In this document: piece by piece, positions 28,488-37,929 of the stretch
Position numbering within the stretch: position 1 is the first letter of the stretch
Layout of the letters: the number at the start of each line of letters is the position of its first letter
DNA from: an uncultured Gemmatimonadales bacterium
GTDB lineage: Bacteria; Gemmatimonadota; Gemmatimonadetes; Gemmatimonadales; GWC2-71-9
Reading direction: 5' to 3'
Assembly: GCA_963704805.1 (NCBI GenBank)
Contig: CAVPHS010000001.1
Coordinates: 741,694-805,693, forward strand
DNA: 64,000 nt
Notes under the pieces: generated by a model
The model's input: only the letters and a program-made list of their open reading frames with translations
The model's database searches: none
What the model was told of the DNA's origin: nothing
Program-made: the position numbers and the translations under genes

Positions 28488-29633
28488 ATGCCAGTCAACC
28501 TCCGGGGACTGCTCGAGGAGATGATCGAGAAGGACGCTTCCGACCTCCACCTCGTGGCGGGCGAGCGTCCCAAGGTCCGCGTCGATGGCGACATCGTGAA
28601 TGCCTCGAGCGACGAAGTCCTGACTCCCAAGGACACCCTGTCGCTGGCGTACTCCGTGCTGACCGAGAACCAGAAGAAGCGGTTCGAGACCGAAAACGAG
28701 CTCGACTTCTCGTTCGGCATTCAGAACCTCGCGCGCTTCCGCGGCAACGTCTTCAAGCAGCGTGGCTGCGTGTCGGTCGTCATCCGGCAGATTCCGTTCA
28801 ACGTGAAGACGTTCCAGGAGCTGGGGTTACCCCATGTGGTCGCGCAGCTCTCGGACCGGCCGCGCGGCCTCGTCCTGGTGACGGGACCGACCGGCTCGGG
28901 CAAGAGCACCACGCTCGCGGCGATGATCGACAAGATCAACAAGGAGCTCAAGGGTCACATCATCACGGTGGAAGACCCGATCGAGTTCATTCACCGCCAT
29001 CAGGCGTGCATCGTCAACCAGCGCGAAGTCGGCACCGACACCAACAGTTTCCAGTCCGCGCTGAAATACGCGCTGCGCCAGGACCCCGACGTGGTACTCG
29101 TCGGCGAAATGCGCGATCTCGAGACGATCCAGGCCGCCCTGACGATCGCCGAGACCGGTCACCTGGCGTTCGCCACCCTGCACACGAACTCGGCCGCGGA
29201 ATCGATCAACCGTATCATCGACGTCTTCCCCTCGCACCAGCAGGCGCAAGTCCGCGCGCAGCTCGCCTTCGTGCTCGAAGGTGTGGTTACGCAAACGCTG
29301 CTACAGCGGGCCAAGGGCAGGGGCCGCGTCATGGCGGCTGAAATCATGATCTGCACGCCCGCGATCCGGGCGCTGATCCGCGACGACAAGGTGCACCAGA
29401 TCGAGTCGTCCATGCAGGCGGGCAAGAAATACGGCATGCAGACGCTGAACGACGCGCTCTATCAGCTCTACATGAGCCGGGAAGTCACCAAGGACGAATG
29501 TTTGCGCGTGACGTCGAAGCCCCATGACTTCCTGCGGTCGATCGGCGAAGCGCCACCCGAAGACGAAGGCAAGCCGGTAGGCGGGGCAGGCGCCGCGCAG
29601 GCCGGTCCACCTAAGGTCGCAGTCCGGAGGTAA
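28488..29633 (+). CDS. pilT: Twitching-motility retraction ATPase PilT
   Basis: Walker A GPTGSGKSTTLAAMI, plus GHLAFATLHTNSAAESINRIIDVFP and the typical PilT N-terminus LLEEMIEKDASDLHLVAGERP. Confidence 0.85.
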   Translation: MPVNLRGLLEEMIEKDASDLHLVAGERPKVRVDGDIVNASSDEVLTPKDTLSLAYSVLTENQKKRFETENELDFSFGIQNLARFRGNVFKQRGCVSVVIRQIPFNVKTFQELGLPHVVAQLSDRPRGLVLVTGPTGSGKSTTLAAMIDKINKELKGHIITVEDPIEFIHRHQACIVNQREVGTDTNSFQSALKYALRQDPDVVLVGEMRDLETIQAALTIAETGHLAFATLHTNSAAESINRIIDVFPSHQQAQVRAQLAFVLEGVVTQTLLQRAKGRGRVMAAEIMICTPAIRALIRDDKVHQIESSMQAGKKYGMQTLNDALYQLYMSREVTKDECLRVTSKPHDFLRSIGEAPPEDEGKPVGGAGAAQAGPPKVAVRR

Positions 29634-29635
29634 CC

Positions 29636-30844
29636 ATGCCGGTCTTTGAATACACCGCGCGCAACCTGAAGGGCGGTCTCGTCCACGACAAGATCGACCT
29701 CGCCTCGCGCGATGACGTCATTGCCCACCTGCGCAAGAACCGCATGATCGTCGTCCAGGTGCGCGAGGCCAAGGCGAAGGGCGGCGGGCTCGCCGACTTC
29801 TTCAAGCCGGGCGTCAAGACACGCGACGTCGTGATTTTCACGCGCCAGTTCGCGACGATGATCAACTCCGGACTGCCGCTGGTGCAGGCGCTCGACATCC
29901 TGTCGCAGCAAACGGAAAACAAGGTTCTTGCCGACGTCACGCGCCAGGTGGTGTACGACGTCGAGAGCGGGCACACGCTGGCGGACGCGCTGCGCAAACA
30001 CCCCAAGGCGTTCACCGATCTGTATGTGAACATGGTGGCCGCCGGTGAGGCGGGCGGTATTCTCGACACGATTCTGCTGCGCCTGGCGCAGTTCCTGGAA
30101 AAGAACGACGCCATCGTCCGGAAAGTGAAAGGCGCGATGATCTACCCGGCCGTGATCTTTTCGGTCGCGGCGATCGCCATCGCCGTGCTGCTCATCTTCG
30201 TCATTCCGACGTTCCAGAGCATGTTCGCCTCGGTGAACCTCGCCCTGCCGCTGCCGACCCGCATCGTGATCGGCGCGAGCAACATCCTGAAGAATTTCTG
30301 GTGGGCGCTCATCGGCATCGCGGTCTTCGGCGTCGTCGCGATCAACCGCTACTACAAGACGACCGACGGCAAGCTGCAGATCGACAAGCTGCTGCTCAGC
30401 CTGCCGGTATTGGGCGACCTGCTCCGCAAGTCGGCCGTCTCCCGCTTCACGCGTACCCTCGGCACGCTGATTTCGTCGGGCGTCTCGATTCTCGATGGTC
30501 TCGAGATCACGGCGCGCACGGCCGGCAACATGGTGATCCACAACGCGGTGATGGAGTCCCGCGCCTCGATCGCCGGCGGCGAGACGATCGCCGCGCCGCT
30601 CCAGAAGTCGAAAGTCTTCCCGCCGATGGTGATCTCGATGATCGCCGTGGGCGAGCAAACCGGCGGTCTCGACGAGATGCTGACGAAAATCGCCGACTTC
30701 TACGATGATGAAGTCGATGCCGCGGTCAGCGCGCTGCTTTCGCTGCTCGAGCCGATCATGATCGTCGTGCTGGGCGTGATCGTCGGCGGCATGGTGGTCG
30801 CGATGTACCTACCCATCTTCGACATGGTGAACGCGGTGCAGTAG
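29636..30844 (+). CDS. pilC: Type IV pilus platform protein PilC (GspF family)
   Basis: 402 aa with two T2SSF repeats (FTRQFATMINSGLPLVQAL.. and FTRTLGTLISSGVSILDGL..) and 3 TM segments. Confidence 0.85.
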   Translation: MPVFEYTARNLKGGLVHDKIDLASRDDVIAHLRKNRMIVVQVREAKAKGGGLADFFKPGVKTRDVVIFTRQFATMINSGLPLVQALDILSQQTENKVLADVTRQVVYDVESGHTLADALRKHPKAFTDLYVNMVAAGEAGGILDTILLRLAQFLEKNDAIVRKVKGAMIYPAVIFSVAAIAIAVLLIFVIPTFQSMFASVNLALPLPTRIVIGASNILKNFWWALIGIAVFGVVAINRYYKTTDGKLQIDKLLLSLPVLGDLLRKSAVSRFTRTLGTLISSGVSILDGLEITARTAGNMVIHNAVMESRASIAGGETIAAPLQKSKVFPPMVISMIAVGEQTGGLDEMLTKIADFYDDEVDAAVSALLSLLEPIMIVVLGVIVGGMVVAMYLPIFDMVNAVQ

Positions 30845-30866
30845 GCGCCACAGCTGCTGGCGAAAA

Positions 30867-30900
30867 CCCCGTCCACGAGAGACCGTGGACGGGGTTTTTT
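30867..30900 (+). terminator. Rho-independent terminator after pilC
   Basis: Stem CCCCGTCCACG / CGTGGACGGGG with loop AGAGAC, followed by TTTTTT. Confidence 0.8.
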
Positions 30901-31033
30901 CTTGTGTCCAACCATAGCCGCAATTAGCAACTAAAACCGCATATTGCAAGGATCGAATCCAATGCTGAGCACGGCGCGCAAATCGAGCGCGGCGCGCGTC
31001 TAAGTCGTTGATCTGTAGCACGTTGAAACCAGG

Positions 31034-31049
31034 TGGTGTGGTTTTTGCC
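31034..31049 (+). promoter_or_regulatory. Candidate sigma54 (-24/-12) promoter
   Basis: TGGTGTGGTTTTTGCC has GG-N10-GC spacing with a TTTGC -12 element. It lies about 120 nt upstream of ATG 31171. This is a pattern match only. Confidence 0.25.
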
Positions 31050-31170
31050 CGCACTCCGCGTGCTGCTCAGAGCAAAGCCGCTGAAAGGCGGTGGCGCAAA
31101 GCTCCGGGACTACGGCGAGAAATACTCGCTAAGTCGGCCGAGCTGCCAGCGACTCACTCGGGAGACAACG

Positions 31171-31836
31171 ATGCGCCTCCTCGTGTTCCTTGCACTCTTG
31201 ATCGCGACGCCGCTCGTCGGCGCTGGCGCGCAGCACCGCCAGAACCGCCGCGACGATCGCCGCGAATACCGCGACGACCGCCGCGACGACCGCCGCGAAT
31301 ACCGCGACGACCGCCGCGACGACCGCCGCGACGACCGCCGCGACCACGACCGTGGCCGCGGCCACGACCGCGGCCACCGCGGTCACGACAATGATCGGAA
31401 CTGCGACCGACGTGGCCACGATAGTCATGGCCACGACCGCGACTGCGGGTCGGCGCCACCGCCTCCGGCGCCTCCGCCGCCTCCGCCGCCGCCGCCCCCG
31501 CCGCCTCCTCCTCCGCCGCCCCCCCCGGGTGACGCGATGATCGAGGGGAACGTCTTTGATGCATCTGGGGCCGCGCTCGAGGGTTGGACCATCTGGCTCT
31601 TCGGTCCGGTCAACGTCTCGACGATGACGAGTTCGAGTGGCTACTACGCGTTCATGAACCTGCCTGATGGTGATTATCAGGTCTGCGAAACGCTCCAGGC
31701 AGGCTGGTCAGAGCTGTCTCCGGATGCGAGTTTTGGGTCGCAGTGCGCGGACGGCAATTTCGGTTGGGCGTTCTCGCTGCAAGGCTCGGTTTTGGCGAGC
31801 TTTGCTGACTTCACCAACAGCCCGCCCAAGCCCTAG
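31171..31836 (+). CDS. Secreted protein with an Arg/Asp tandem-repeat + His-rich region, a ~25-residue poly-Pro linker and an SdrD-B/CarboxypepD_reg-like C-terminal domain
   Basis: ATG 31171 gives the signal peptide MRLLVFLALLIATPLVGAGAQ. Next come RRDDRREYRDDRRDDRREYRDDRRDDRRDDRRDHDRGRGHDRGHRGHDNDR and then a P-run. The C-terminus is IEGNVFDASGAALEGWTIWLFGP..SGYYAFMNLPDGDYQVCE. The gene sits between two strong terminators. Confidence 0.6.
   Translation: MRLLVFLALLIATPLVGAGAQHRQNRRDDRREYRDDRRDDRREYRDDRRDDRRDDRRDHDRGRGHDRGHRGHDNDRNCDRRGHDSHGHDRDCGSAPPPPAPPPPPPPPPPPPPPPPPPPGDAMIEGNVFDASGAALEGWTIWLFGPVNVSTMTSSSGYYAFMNLPDGDYQVCETLQAGWSELSPDASFGSQCADGNFGWAFSLQGSVLASFADFTNSPPKP
31246..31350 (+). 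repeat. In-frame tandem DNA repeats (12-nt CGCCGCGACGAC and a 33-nt unit) encoding the RRDD/RREYRDD repeats
   Basis: Read directly from 31246-31350. A CCG/CCT-rich poly-Pro tract follows at 31456-31527, including a C8 run at 31519-31526. Confidence 0.85.
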
Positions 31837-31859
31837 TCGATCTGCACGACGAAACACTC

Positions 31860-31890
31860 AGGCCCCGGCGCATTCGCCGGGGCCTTTTTC
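31860..31890 (+). terminator. Rho-independent terminator
   Basis: Stem AGGCCCCGGCG / CGCCGGGGCCT with loop CATT, followed by TTTTT. Confidence 0.8.
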
Positions 31891-31912
31891 GTTGCCTAGG
31901 TGACGCCCGCTC

Positions 31913-31941
31913 TTGCATTTTGCCACACCACGTCCAATAAT
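31913..31941 (+). promoter_or_regulatory. Candidate sigma70-type promoter for pilS/pilR (would give a near-leaderless transcript)
   Basis: TTGCAT, a 17-nt spacer, then AATAAT. The -10 element ends 8 nt before ATG 31950, and a C7 run lies in between. Confidence 0.3.
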
Positions 31942-31949
31942 GCCCCCCC

Positions 31950-33611
31950 ATGCGCTGGTTGAACATCAAATCGCGCGGGTCCGCGATTCCCACAACGACC
32001 CAGCTTCTCCGGTTCGTCTACCTGGGCCGGATGTGCCTCGCGACGGCCATTTATGTCACCACGGCCCTGAAGATCCGAGTGGCTGCGCCGCTCGACATTC
32101 TGGCCACGTCGCTCCTGCTCGTAACCGCGACTGTAGTCACCCTGACCTCGTACTGGCACACCCATTTCCGCCGCAGGCTCCCCGGACCGACGTTCCTCTA
32201 TCTCCAGGCGCTGTTCGACGTCGCGCTGATCACGGCGGTCGTGCACATGACAGGCGGCGCCGAAAGCGACCTCGCCAGCCTGTACGTGCTCCTTATCGCC
32301 GTCACCGCGGTGCTCATGCCGCCCGCCAACGCCGGTCTCGTCACCCTCTTCGCCGGGCTCGTCTACGTCGCTGACGTCTTCTGGGGGCACGACGCCACCG
32401 TCGGTCCGGGCGTCTGGGTGCAGCTCGCCGTGTTCGTGCTTGTGGCGCTGGTGACCGCCTACGTGGCCAGCAGGGTGAACGTGATGGGTGCGGAGCGTGA
32501 AGCGCTCGCGGCCGAGGTCCGGCAGGTGCAGCTCGAGGCCGATGACGTCCTGCGCAACATCCGCACGGGCGTCCTCACGGTCGACGCCGACGGCCGCCTG
32601 CTGTACGCCAACCCCGCGTCCGAGGAGATCCTGGGGTTTAAGGCGCGGGAATGGCTCGGGCGGTCCGTCATGCCGGAGTTCGCGCGACTCGCCCCCGAGT
32701 TTTGGGCAGCGATGACCTCGACCGCGCGTCGCGGCGTGCGCCTCATGCGGGTCGAGGCGACGGTCCACCGGCCGGATCGGACGTTCCCGATCGGGGTGAC
32801 GACGACGACCCTCGACGGGCCGACCGGCTCCCGGCCGCGGGTCTCGGCGATCTTCCAGGACATCTCCGACTCGAAGCGGCTCGAGCAGCTGCACCTGCGC
32901 GCCGAGCGGCTCGAGGCGGTGGCAGAGCTCTCCTCGAGCCTGGCGCACGAGATCAAAAACCCGCTCGCGTCGATCCGCAGCTCGGTCGAGCAGCTGTCGC
33001 GTTCGTCGCGGTCGAATCCGGACGAAAAGTTCCTCGCCAATCTGATCGTACGCGAAAGCGACCGGCTCTCCCGTCTTTTGTCGGAATTCCTCGATTTCTC
33101 CCGCGTGCGCGTGACCGAATGTCGCCCCGTGGACCTGCATCAGGTCGCGGGGGCCGCCATTCGCCTGGTCAAGCAGCATCCTGATTGCGGCGCGACGGTG
33201 AAGATCTCCCTCGAGGGTACGCCGACACCCATGGAAGGAGACGAGGATTTGTTGCACCGCGTCGTGTCGAATCTGGTGCTCAACGCCGTACAGGCCGCCG
33301 GCCCTCGCGCGCACGTCTTGGTGCGCACCGGTCGTGCCTCGCTCAACGAGGTGCCCGGCGGAGCCGGTATCGACAACCCCGTCGCGCTGCGCGTGACCGA
33401 CAACGGGCCGGGGATTCCCGAAGAGCTGCAGCACCGGCTGTTCGAGCCGTTCGCAACGGGCCGCGTCGGCGGGACCGGACTCGGCCTCGCCATCGTGCAG
33501 CGTGCCGTCGAAGCGCATCGCGGTCTCGTGCTCGTGGAGAGTGATGCAGGCAAGGGCACGACATTTACGATCTACTTCCCAGCCGCCCGTCGAAAGGAGG
33601 AGGCTGCCTGA
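31950..33611 (+). CDS. pilS: PilS-like sensor histidine kinase (multi-TM N-terminus, PAS, HisKA, HATPase)
   Basis: It has about 6 N-terminal TM helices, H-box SSLAHEIKNPLASI, N-box LVLNAVQA, and G-boxes DNGPGIP and GTGLGLAIV. Confidence 0.65.
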   Translation: MRWLNIKSRGSAIPTTTQLLRFVYLGRMCLATAIYVTTALKIRVAAPLDILATSLLLVTATVVTLTSYWHTHFRRRLPGPTFLYLQALFDVALITAVVHMTGGAESDLASLYVLLIAVTAVLMPPANAGLVTLFAGLVYVADVFWGHDATVGPGVWVQLAVFVLVALVTAYVASRVNVMGAEREALAAEVRQVQLEADDVLRNIRTGVLTVDADGRLLYANPASEEILGFKAREWLGRSVMPEFARLAPEFWAAMTSTARRGVRLMRVEATVHRPDRTFPIGVTTTTLDGPTGSRPRVSAIFQDISDSKRLEQLHLRAERLEAVAELSSSLAHEIKNPLASIRSSVEQLSRSSRSNPDEKFLANLIVRESDRLSRLLSEFLDFSRVRVTECRPVDLHQVAGAAIRLVKQHPDCGATVKISLEGTPTPMEGDEDLLHRVVSNLVLNAVQAAGPRAHVLVRTGRASLNEVPGGAGIDNPVALRVTDNGPGIPEELQHRLFEPFATGRVGGTGLGLAIVQRAVEAHRGLVLVESDAGKGTTFTIYFPAARRKEEAA

Positions 33612-35023
33612 TGAATCCACCTTCCGCCGCCGCGCCCTCGATATTGGTCATCGACGACGAGCAGGGAATCCTGGAGACCCTCAGGATCCTGCTCAAGAAT
33701 GAAGGGTTCGACATCACCACCGCGCAGGGCGGGAAGGCCGGTCTCGAGCAGCTCAAGGCCTCCGCGCCGGACATCGTCCTGACGGACCTGAAAATGCCGG
33801 GGGTCACCGGCATCGAGATCCTGTCCGCGGTGCGCGGTCAGGATCCGGAGACGCCGGTCATTCTCATGACGGCGCAGGCCTCGTTGCAGACGGCCATTCA
33901 GGCCGTGAATGAGGGCGCCTTCTACTATATCCAGAAGCCGTTCTCCAACGACGACATGGTGGCGATCTGCCGGCGTGCCGCCGAACACCGCCGCCTGCGT
34001 GCCGAAAACAAACAGCTCAAGCAGGAAATCCGCCGGCGCGAGCGTTCCGGCCTGGTCAAGCCGCTCGGCAAGTCGCGGCTGTTCAGCGACGTGCTGCGGC
34101 TGGCCGAGCAGGTTGCGCCGACCGAAAGCACCGTGCTGATCCAGGGCGAGTCGGGCACCGGGAAAGAAGTCATCGCCCGCTATCTGCATGAGTTGTCGGC
34201 CCGCGCCGAAGGGCAATTCCTTTCCATCAACTGCGGCGCGCTGCCCGAGAGCCTGCTCGAATCCGAGCTTTTCGGTCACGTGAAGGGATCGTTCACGGGC
34301 GCCGTGCGCGACAAGCAAGGACTGTTCGCCGCCGCCCGGGGCGGGACGTTCTTCCTCGATGAAATCGGCGAAATGTCGCCCGCGACCCAGGTGAAGCTGC
34401 TGCGCGTGTTGCAGGAACGGGAAGCGATTCCCGTCGGCGGTACGGAAGCCATTCCGGTTGACGTGCGGGTGGTGGCGGCGACGAACCGCGACCTGGAAGA
34501 CGACATCAAGCGCGGCCGCTTCCGGACGGATCTGTACTATCGGCTCAACGTCATCAACATCCACCTGCCGCCGCTGCGCGACCGGCGCGAGGATATCCCG
34601 ATCTTCGTCAAGGAATTCCTCGCTCACATCGCCGGTGAGCGCAGCGAAGGCGTGAAGACGCTGTCCCCCGAAGCGGAGGAAGTCATCCTCGCCTACGATT
34701 GGCCCGGCAACGTCCGCGAGCTCGAGAACGCGCTCGAGCGGGCCGTCACGCTCACCAAGAGCGACGTCATTCCGCGCACCGCCATCCCGGAAAAGATCAC
34801 CGAGCGTAAGGCGGAGCCGCTCGTAGCGGAGCGGCCGCACAAGAATCCGTCGCTCGATGTGATCGAGCAGGCCTACATCACCTGGGTGCTGCAAAGCGAA
34901 GGCGGCAACAAGACCCGGGCGGCCGAGGTTTTGGGCATCGATCCTTCCACGTTGTACCGGAAATTGAGCCGCTACGAGGGCTCGACTTCTGGAGCGGAGC
35001 CCAATAACCACCGGGGCGAGTGA
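33611..35023 (+). CDS. pilR: Sigma54-dependent response regulator (NtrC family, PilR-like)
   Basis: Receiver domain ILVIDDEQGI..DIVLTDLKMPG, AAA+ domain GESGTGKEV and GSFTGA, and C-terminal HTH NKTRAAEVLGIDPSTLYRKL. The start overlaps the pilS stop (TGATG). Confidence 0.7.
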   Translation: MNPPSAAAPSILVIDDEQGILETLRILLKNEGFDITTAQGGKAGLEQLKASAPDIVLTDLKMPGVTGIEILSAVRGQDPETPVILMTAQASLQTAIQAVNEGAFYYIQKPFSNDDMVAICRRAAEHRRLRAENKQLKQEIRRRERSGLVKPLGKSRLFSDVLRLAEQVAPTESTVLIQGESGTGKEVIARYLHELSARAEGQFLSINCGALPESLLESELFGHVKGSFTGAVRDKQGLFAAARGGTFFLDEIGEMSPATQVKLLRVLQEREAIPVGGTEAIPVDVRVVAATNRDLEDDIKRGRFRTDLYYRLNVINIHLPPLRDRREDIPIFVKEFLAHIAGERSEGVKTLSPEAEEVILAYDWPGNVRELENALERAVTLTKSDVIPRTAIPEKITERKAEPLVAERPHKNPSLDVIEQAYITWVLQSEGGNKTRAAEVLGIDPSTLYRKLSRYEGSTSGAEPNNHRGE

Positions 35024-35081
35024 CCCGGTCGGAGCGGAAACGCTTGATCGCCTGGCCGACGCGGTCCGCTACAACGGCTGG

Positions 35082-35711
35082 ATGTTCGACCGCATCCGTC
35101 CCTGGATCGGCGCGCGCGTCCTCGAGATCGGCTCGGGGATCGGCACCCTGTCGGCATTTCTGGTCGATCGCGCGCGCCTCGTGCTCACCGACACGCGCGC
35201 CGAATACCTCGAGCGCCTGCGTCGGCGCTTCGCCGGACGGCCCAACATCTCGGTGGCCCGTCTCTACCTGCCGCATGACGATGGCGCGGTCCGAGGCGAG
35301 CGGTTCGACTCGATTATCTGTCTCAACGTGCTCGAGCATGTGGACGACGACGTCGGTTCGCTCACGGCAATTCGCAAGCTGCTCGAGCCGTCCGGGCGGC
35401 TCGTCCTGCTGGTCCCGGCGCTGCCGGCGCTGTACGGGACGCTCGACCGCGCGCTCGGTCACCACCGGCGTTACACGCGCGCCGAGCTCGAGTCCAAGTT
35501 CGAGCGAACGGGATTTCGCGTCGCGCACGTCGAGTACTTCAATCTTGCGGGCGTGCCGGGATGGTTCCTCGCGGGACGGGTCTTGCGGCGCCAGATGATT
35601 CCGGCCGGCTCGCTCGGCCTGTACGACGTGCTCGTGCCGCTGTTCAAGCTCGAGCGGTTCCTCCCCTGGCGCGTCGGGCAGTCACTGATCGCGATCGGTG
35701 AGGCCCGGTGA
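35082..35711 (+). CDS. Class I SAM-dependent methyltransferase
   Basis: Motif I VLEIGSGIGTLSAFL and post-I/II motifs FDSIICLNVLEHV. 209 aa. Confidence 0.65.
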   Translation: MFDRIRPWIGARVLEIGSGIGTLSAFLVDRARLVLTDTRAEYLERLRRRFAGRPNISVARLYLPHDDGAVRGERFDSIICLNVLEHVDDDVGSLTAIRKLLEPSGRLVLLVPALPALYGTLDRALGHHRRYTRAELESKFERTGFRVAHVEYFNLAGVPGWFLAGRVLRRQMIPAGSLGLYDVLVPLFKLERFLPWRVGQSLIAIGEAR

Positions 35712-36460
35712 TGATCACTACCACTGCATCCCGCAATCTGCTGGTTTCCGTCGTCGTGCCCGCCTACAACGAGGCCGAGACGGTGGAAACGGCATTGCGG
35801 CGTGTGCGTGGCGTGCCGCTGCGTCTCGAGATCATCGTCGTCAATGACGCCTCGACCGACGGCACGCGCGAGATCCTGGAGAAGCTCGCCGCCGCCGGGT
35901 TGGTGGATCGCCTCGTGCACCACGAGAAGAATCGTGGCAAAGGCGCAGCGATTCGGAGCGGCGTCGCAGCCGCGACCGGCGACGCCCTCGTCGTCCAGGA
36001 CGCGGATCTCGAGTATGACCCCGCCGATCTGCCCGCCCTCATCAAACCGATCAGCGACGGAAAGGCCGACGCGGTCTACGGCTCCCGCTTTCAAGGCGGA
36101 GCGCACCGCGTGCTGTATTTCTGGCACTATGCTGGAAACCGCTTCCTGACGCTGCTGTCGAACATGTTCACCAATCTGAACCTCACCGACCTGGAAACCT
36201 GCTACAAGCTCGTGCGGATGGACCTGATCAAGCGGCTGCCGCTCACGTCCAACCGCTTCGGCTTCGAGGTCGAGATCACCGCGCGTCTCGCGCAGGCCCG
36301 CGCGCGCATCTGGGAGATGCCGATCTCGTACAGCGGCCGCACGTATGAGGAAGGCAAGAAAATCACCTGGCGTGATGGCGTCGCGGCCCTGTTCCACATT
36401 CTCCGCTACAATCTGTTCGTCCCCTCGAATTCCAACGGTTGGCGCTCGCCGACGAAGTAA
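35708..36460 (+). CDS. GT2 glycosyltransferase, polyprenyl-phosphate sugar synthase-like (Dpm1/GtrB/ArnC type)
   Basis: Motifs VSVVVPAYNEAETV, VVNDASTDGT, HEKNRGKGAAIRSG and VVQDADLEYDPAD. The start overlaps the methyltransferase stop. Confidence 0.75.
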   Translation: MMITTTASRNLLVSVVVPAYNEAETVETALRRVRGVPLRLEIIVVNDASTDGTREILEKLAAAGLVDRLVHHEKNRGKGAAIRSGVAAATGDALVVQDADLEYDPADLPALIKPISDGKADAVYGSRFQGGAHRVLYFWHYAGNRFLTLLSNMFTNLNLTDLETCYKLVRMDLIKRLPLTSNRFGFEVEITARLAQARARIWEMPISYSGRTYEEGKKITWRDGVAALFHILRYNLFVPSNSNGWRSPTK

Positions 36461-37929
36461 AAGGTGCGGGTGTCGCGGCGGCCGTGACGCTGGCCGTCGG
36501 GATCATCGCCCTCAATCAGGCACTCGTTGGTGTCTTTTATGACGATGGGTTGTACGCGGGTCTGGCTACCGCACTCGCGACCGGTCTCGGCTACGTGCAC
36601 CCCAGCCTGCCCGGTACGCCGGCAGCCGTGCATTACCCGCCGCTCTATCCCGTCGTGCTGGCGCCGTTCTTTGGCGTGCTGTCCGTCAACGGCGCGGCGC
36701 TGGCCGCGAAGCTGCTGAATGCGCTCCTCGGCGCGGCCGCCTCGGGGTTGATTGCCTGGCATGCGACGAAGATTCGTCTCCTGGGGCCCAGCGCGCCGCG
36801 CTGGCTTGCTCCGCTCATCGTCGGTGCGGCAGCGGTCGCGATCCCGGTTCTCGCCACACAGACGGTGCTCTTCGCAGAGCCGTTGTTCGCGGTGTTGCTT
36901 GCCGGCGTCATTGTCTTGGCCGATCGCGCCGATCGTCCGTGGACGCTGGGCATTGTCGCCGCGCTCGCGTTGCTCACCCGCTCCATTGGAATTGCAGGCG
37001 CGGCCGGAGTGGCCGCCTTCCTACTCGCCCATCGGGCCCCGCGCCGCGTGATGCTGGCCGTCCTGGTGCCCGTCGTCGTGGCCGGTCTTGCATGGGCGGT
37101 CTGGGTCAAGACGCACGAGCACGGGATCGATCCGGAGCTGGCGCTCGGTTATGGGAACTACTCGGCTCACCTCAGCCAGGCGGGCCTTTCGGCAATCGCC
37201 GTGAACGTTCCAGATCTGTCGCGGCCGCTCGAAGCGATCACCCTGGGATGGATTCCCGTGCGCTGGTTGTTCGAGGTCCTGGCCACGATGGCGCTTGCCG
37301 TTGGCCTGTACGGGATTGCTCTGCTGGCACGTCGCTCCGCCATCGGGCTGTCGCTGATCTTCTACCTGCTCATCCTCGCGGTATGGCCCCACCCACCCGA
37401 CCGCTTCCTATGGGCGGTGCTGCCCTGGCTTGGTTTGGCATGGGCGGCCGGGGGTCTCGAGCTGTGGGGGCGCTGGCCGCGCGCCCGACTCCCGCTCGCG
37501 CTGCTCGTGACGTTGATCGTGGGCGGCTACCTCTATTATGAGGTGCGCGGCTTTGCGGGCCGCTGGTGGGATGCGCAGGCGCGCAACATCTCGGCCAATT
37601 TCGCCGAGCTGCTTCCGGTCGTGAAGAATTTGCCGGTCTCAGGCGTTATCGCGACCGATGATGAGCCGCTGGTGTGGTTGTACAGTCGCCGCCAGAGCGT
37701 GCCCTTCTATCTCGAGCGGTATCGGGGGCGCGAGCTGGTCAAGCCCACGCCTGCCGAGCATCTCTCATACCTCGATCGGATGCGCGTCACACATGTCTTG
37801 CTGGCGAGCTCGAGCTCCCCATCGGCCGGCCAGCTCAAGGTGCTGCTCGACGCCTATCCGACGAGGTTTACGGCGTTGTACCGGTGGTCGGACGGTCGCT
37901 GGCTCTTCGCGGTGAACCGTGGACAGTAG
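36439..37929 (+). CDS. Polytopic membrane protein, possible GT-C-fold glycosyltransferase
   Basis: 496 aa with more than 10 hydrophobic helices and an acidic first-loop motif GVFYDDGLYAG. It overlaps both neighbours (coupled). The function is inferred from context and topology only. Confidence 0.4.
   Translation: MALADEVKGAGVAAAVTLAVGIIALNQALVGVFYDDGLYAGLATALATGLGYVHPSLPGTPAAVHYPPLYPVVLAPFFGVLSVNGAALAAKLLNALLGAAASGLIAWHATKIRLLGPSAPRWLAPLIVGAAAVAIPVLATQTVLFAEPLFAVLLAGVIVLADRADRPWTLGIVAALALLTRSIGIAGAAGVAAFLLAHRAPRRVMLAVLVPVVVAGLAWAVWVKTHEHGIDPELALGYGNYSAHLSQAGLSAIAVNVPDLSRPLEAITLGWIPVRWLFEVLATMALAVGLYGIALLARRSAIGLSLIFYLLILAVWPHPPDRFLWAVLPWLGLAWAAGGLELWGRWPRARLPLALLVTLIVGGYLYYEVRGFAGRWWDAQARNISANFAELLPVVKNLPVSGVIATDDEPLVWLYSRRQSVPFYLERYRGRELVKPTPAEHLSYLDRMRVTHVLLASSSSPSAGQLKVLLDAYPTRFTALYRWSDGRWLFAVNRGQ

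Noticed and set aside
30950-30960. GGATCGAATCC, reminiscent of a tRNA T-arm (GGTTCGAATCC), in the pilC-downstream spacer.
   Set aside because: The flanks cannot form T-stem, acceptor or anticodon stems. It is not a tRNA.
31246-31527. Regularly spaced short repeats that might suggest a CRISPR-like array or satellite.
   Set aside because: The repeats are contiguous and in-frame (12/33-nt units and CCG/CCT runs). They encode RRDD/RREYRDD and poly-Pro within a signal-peptide ORF. There are no spacers.
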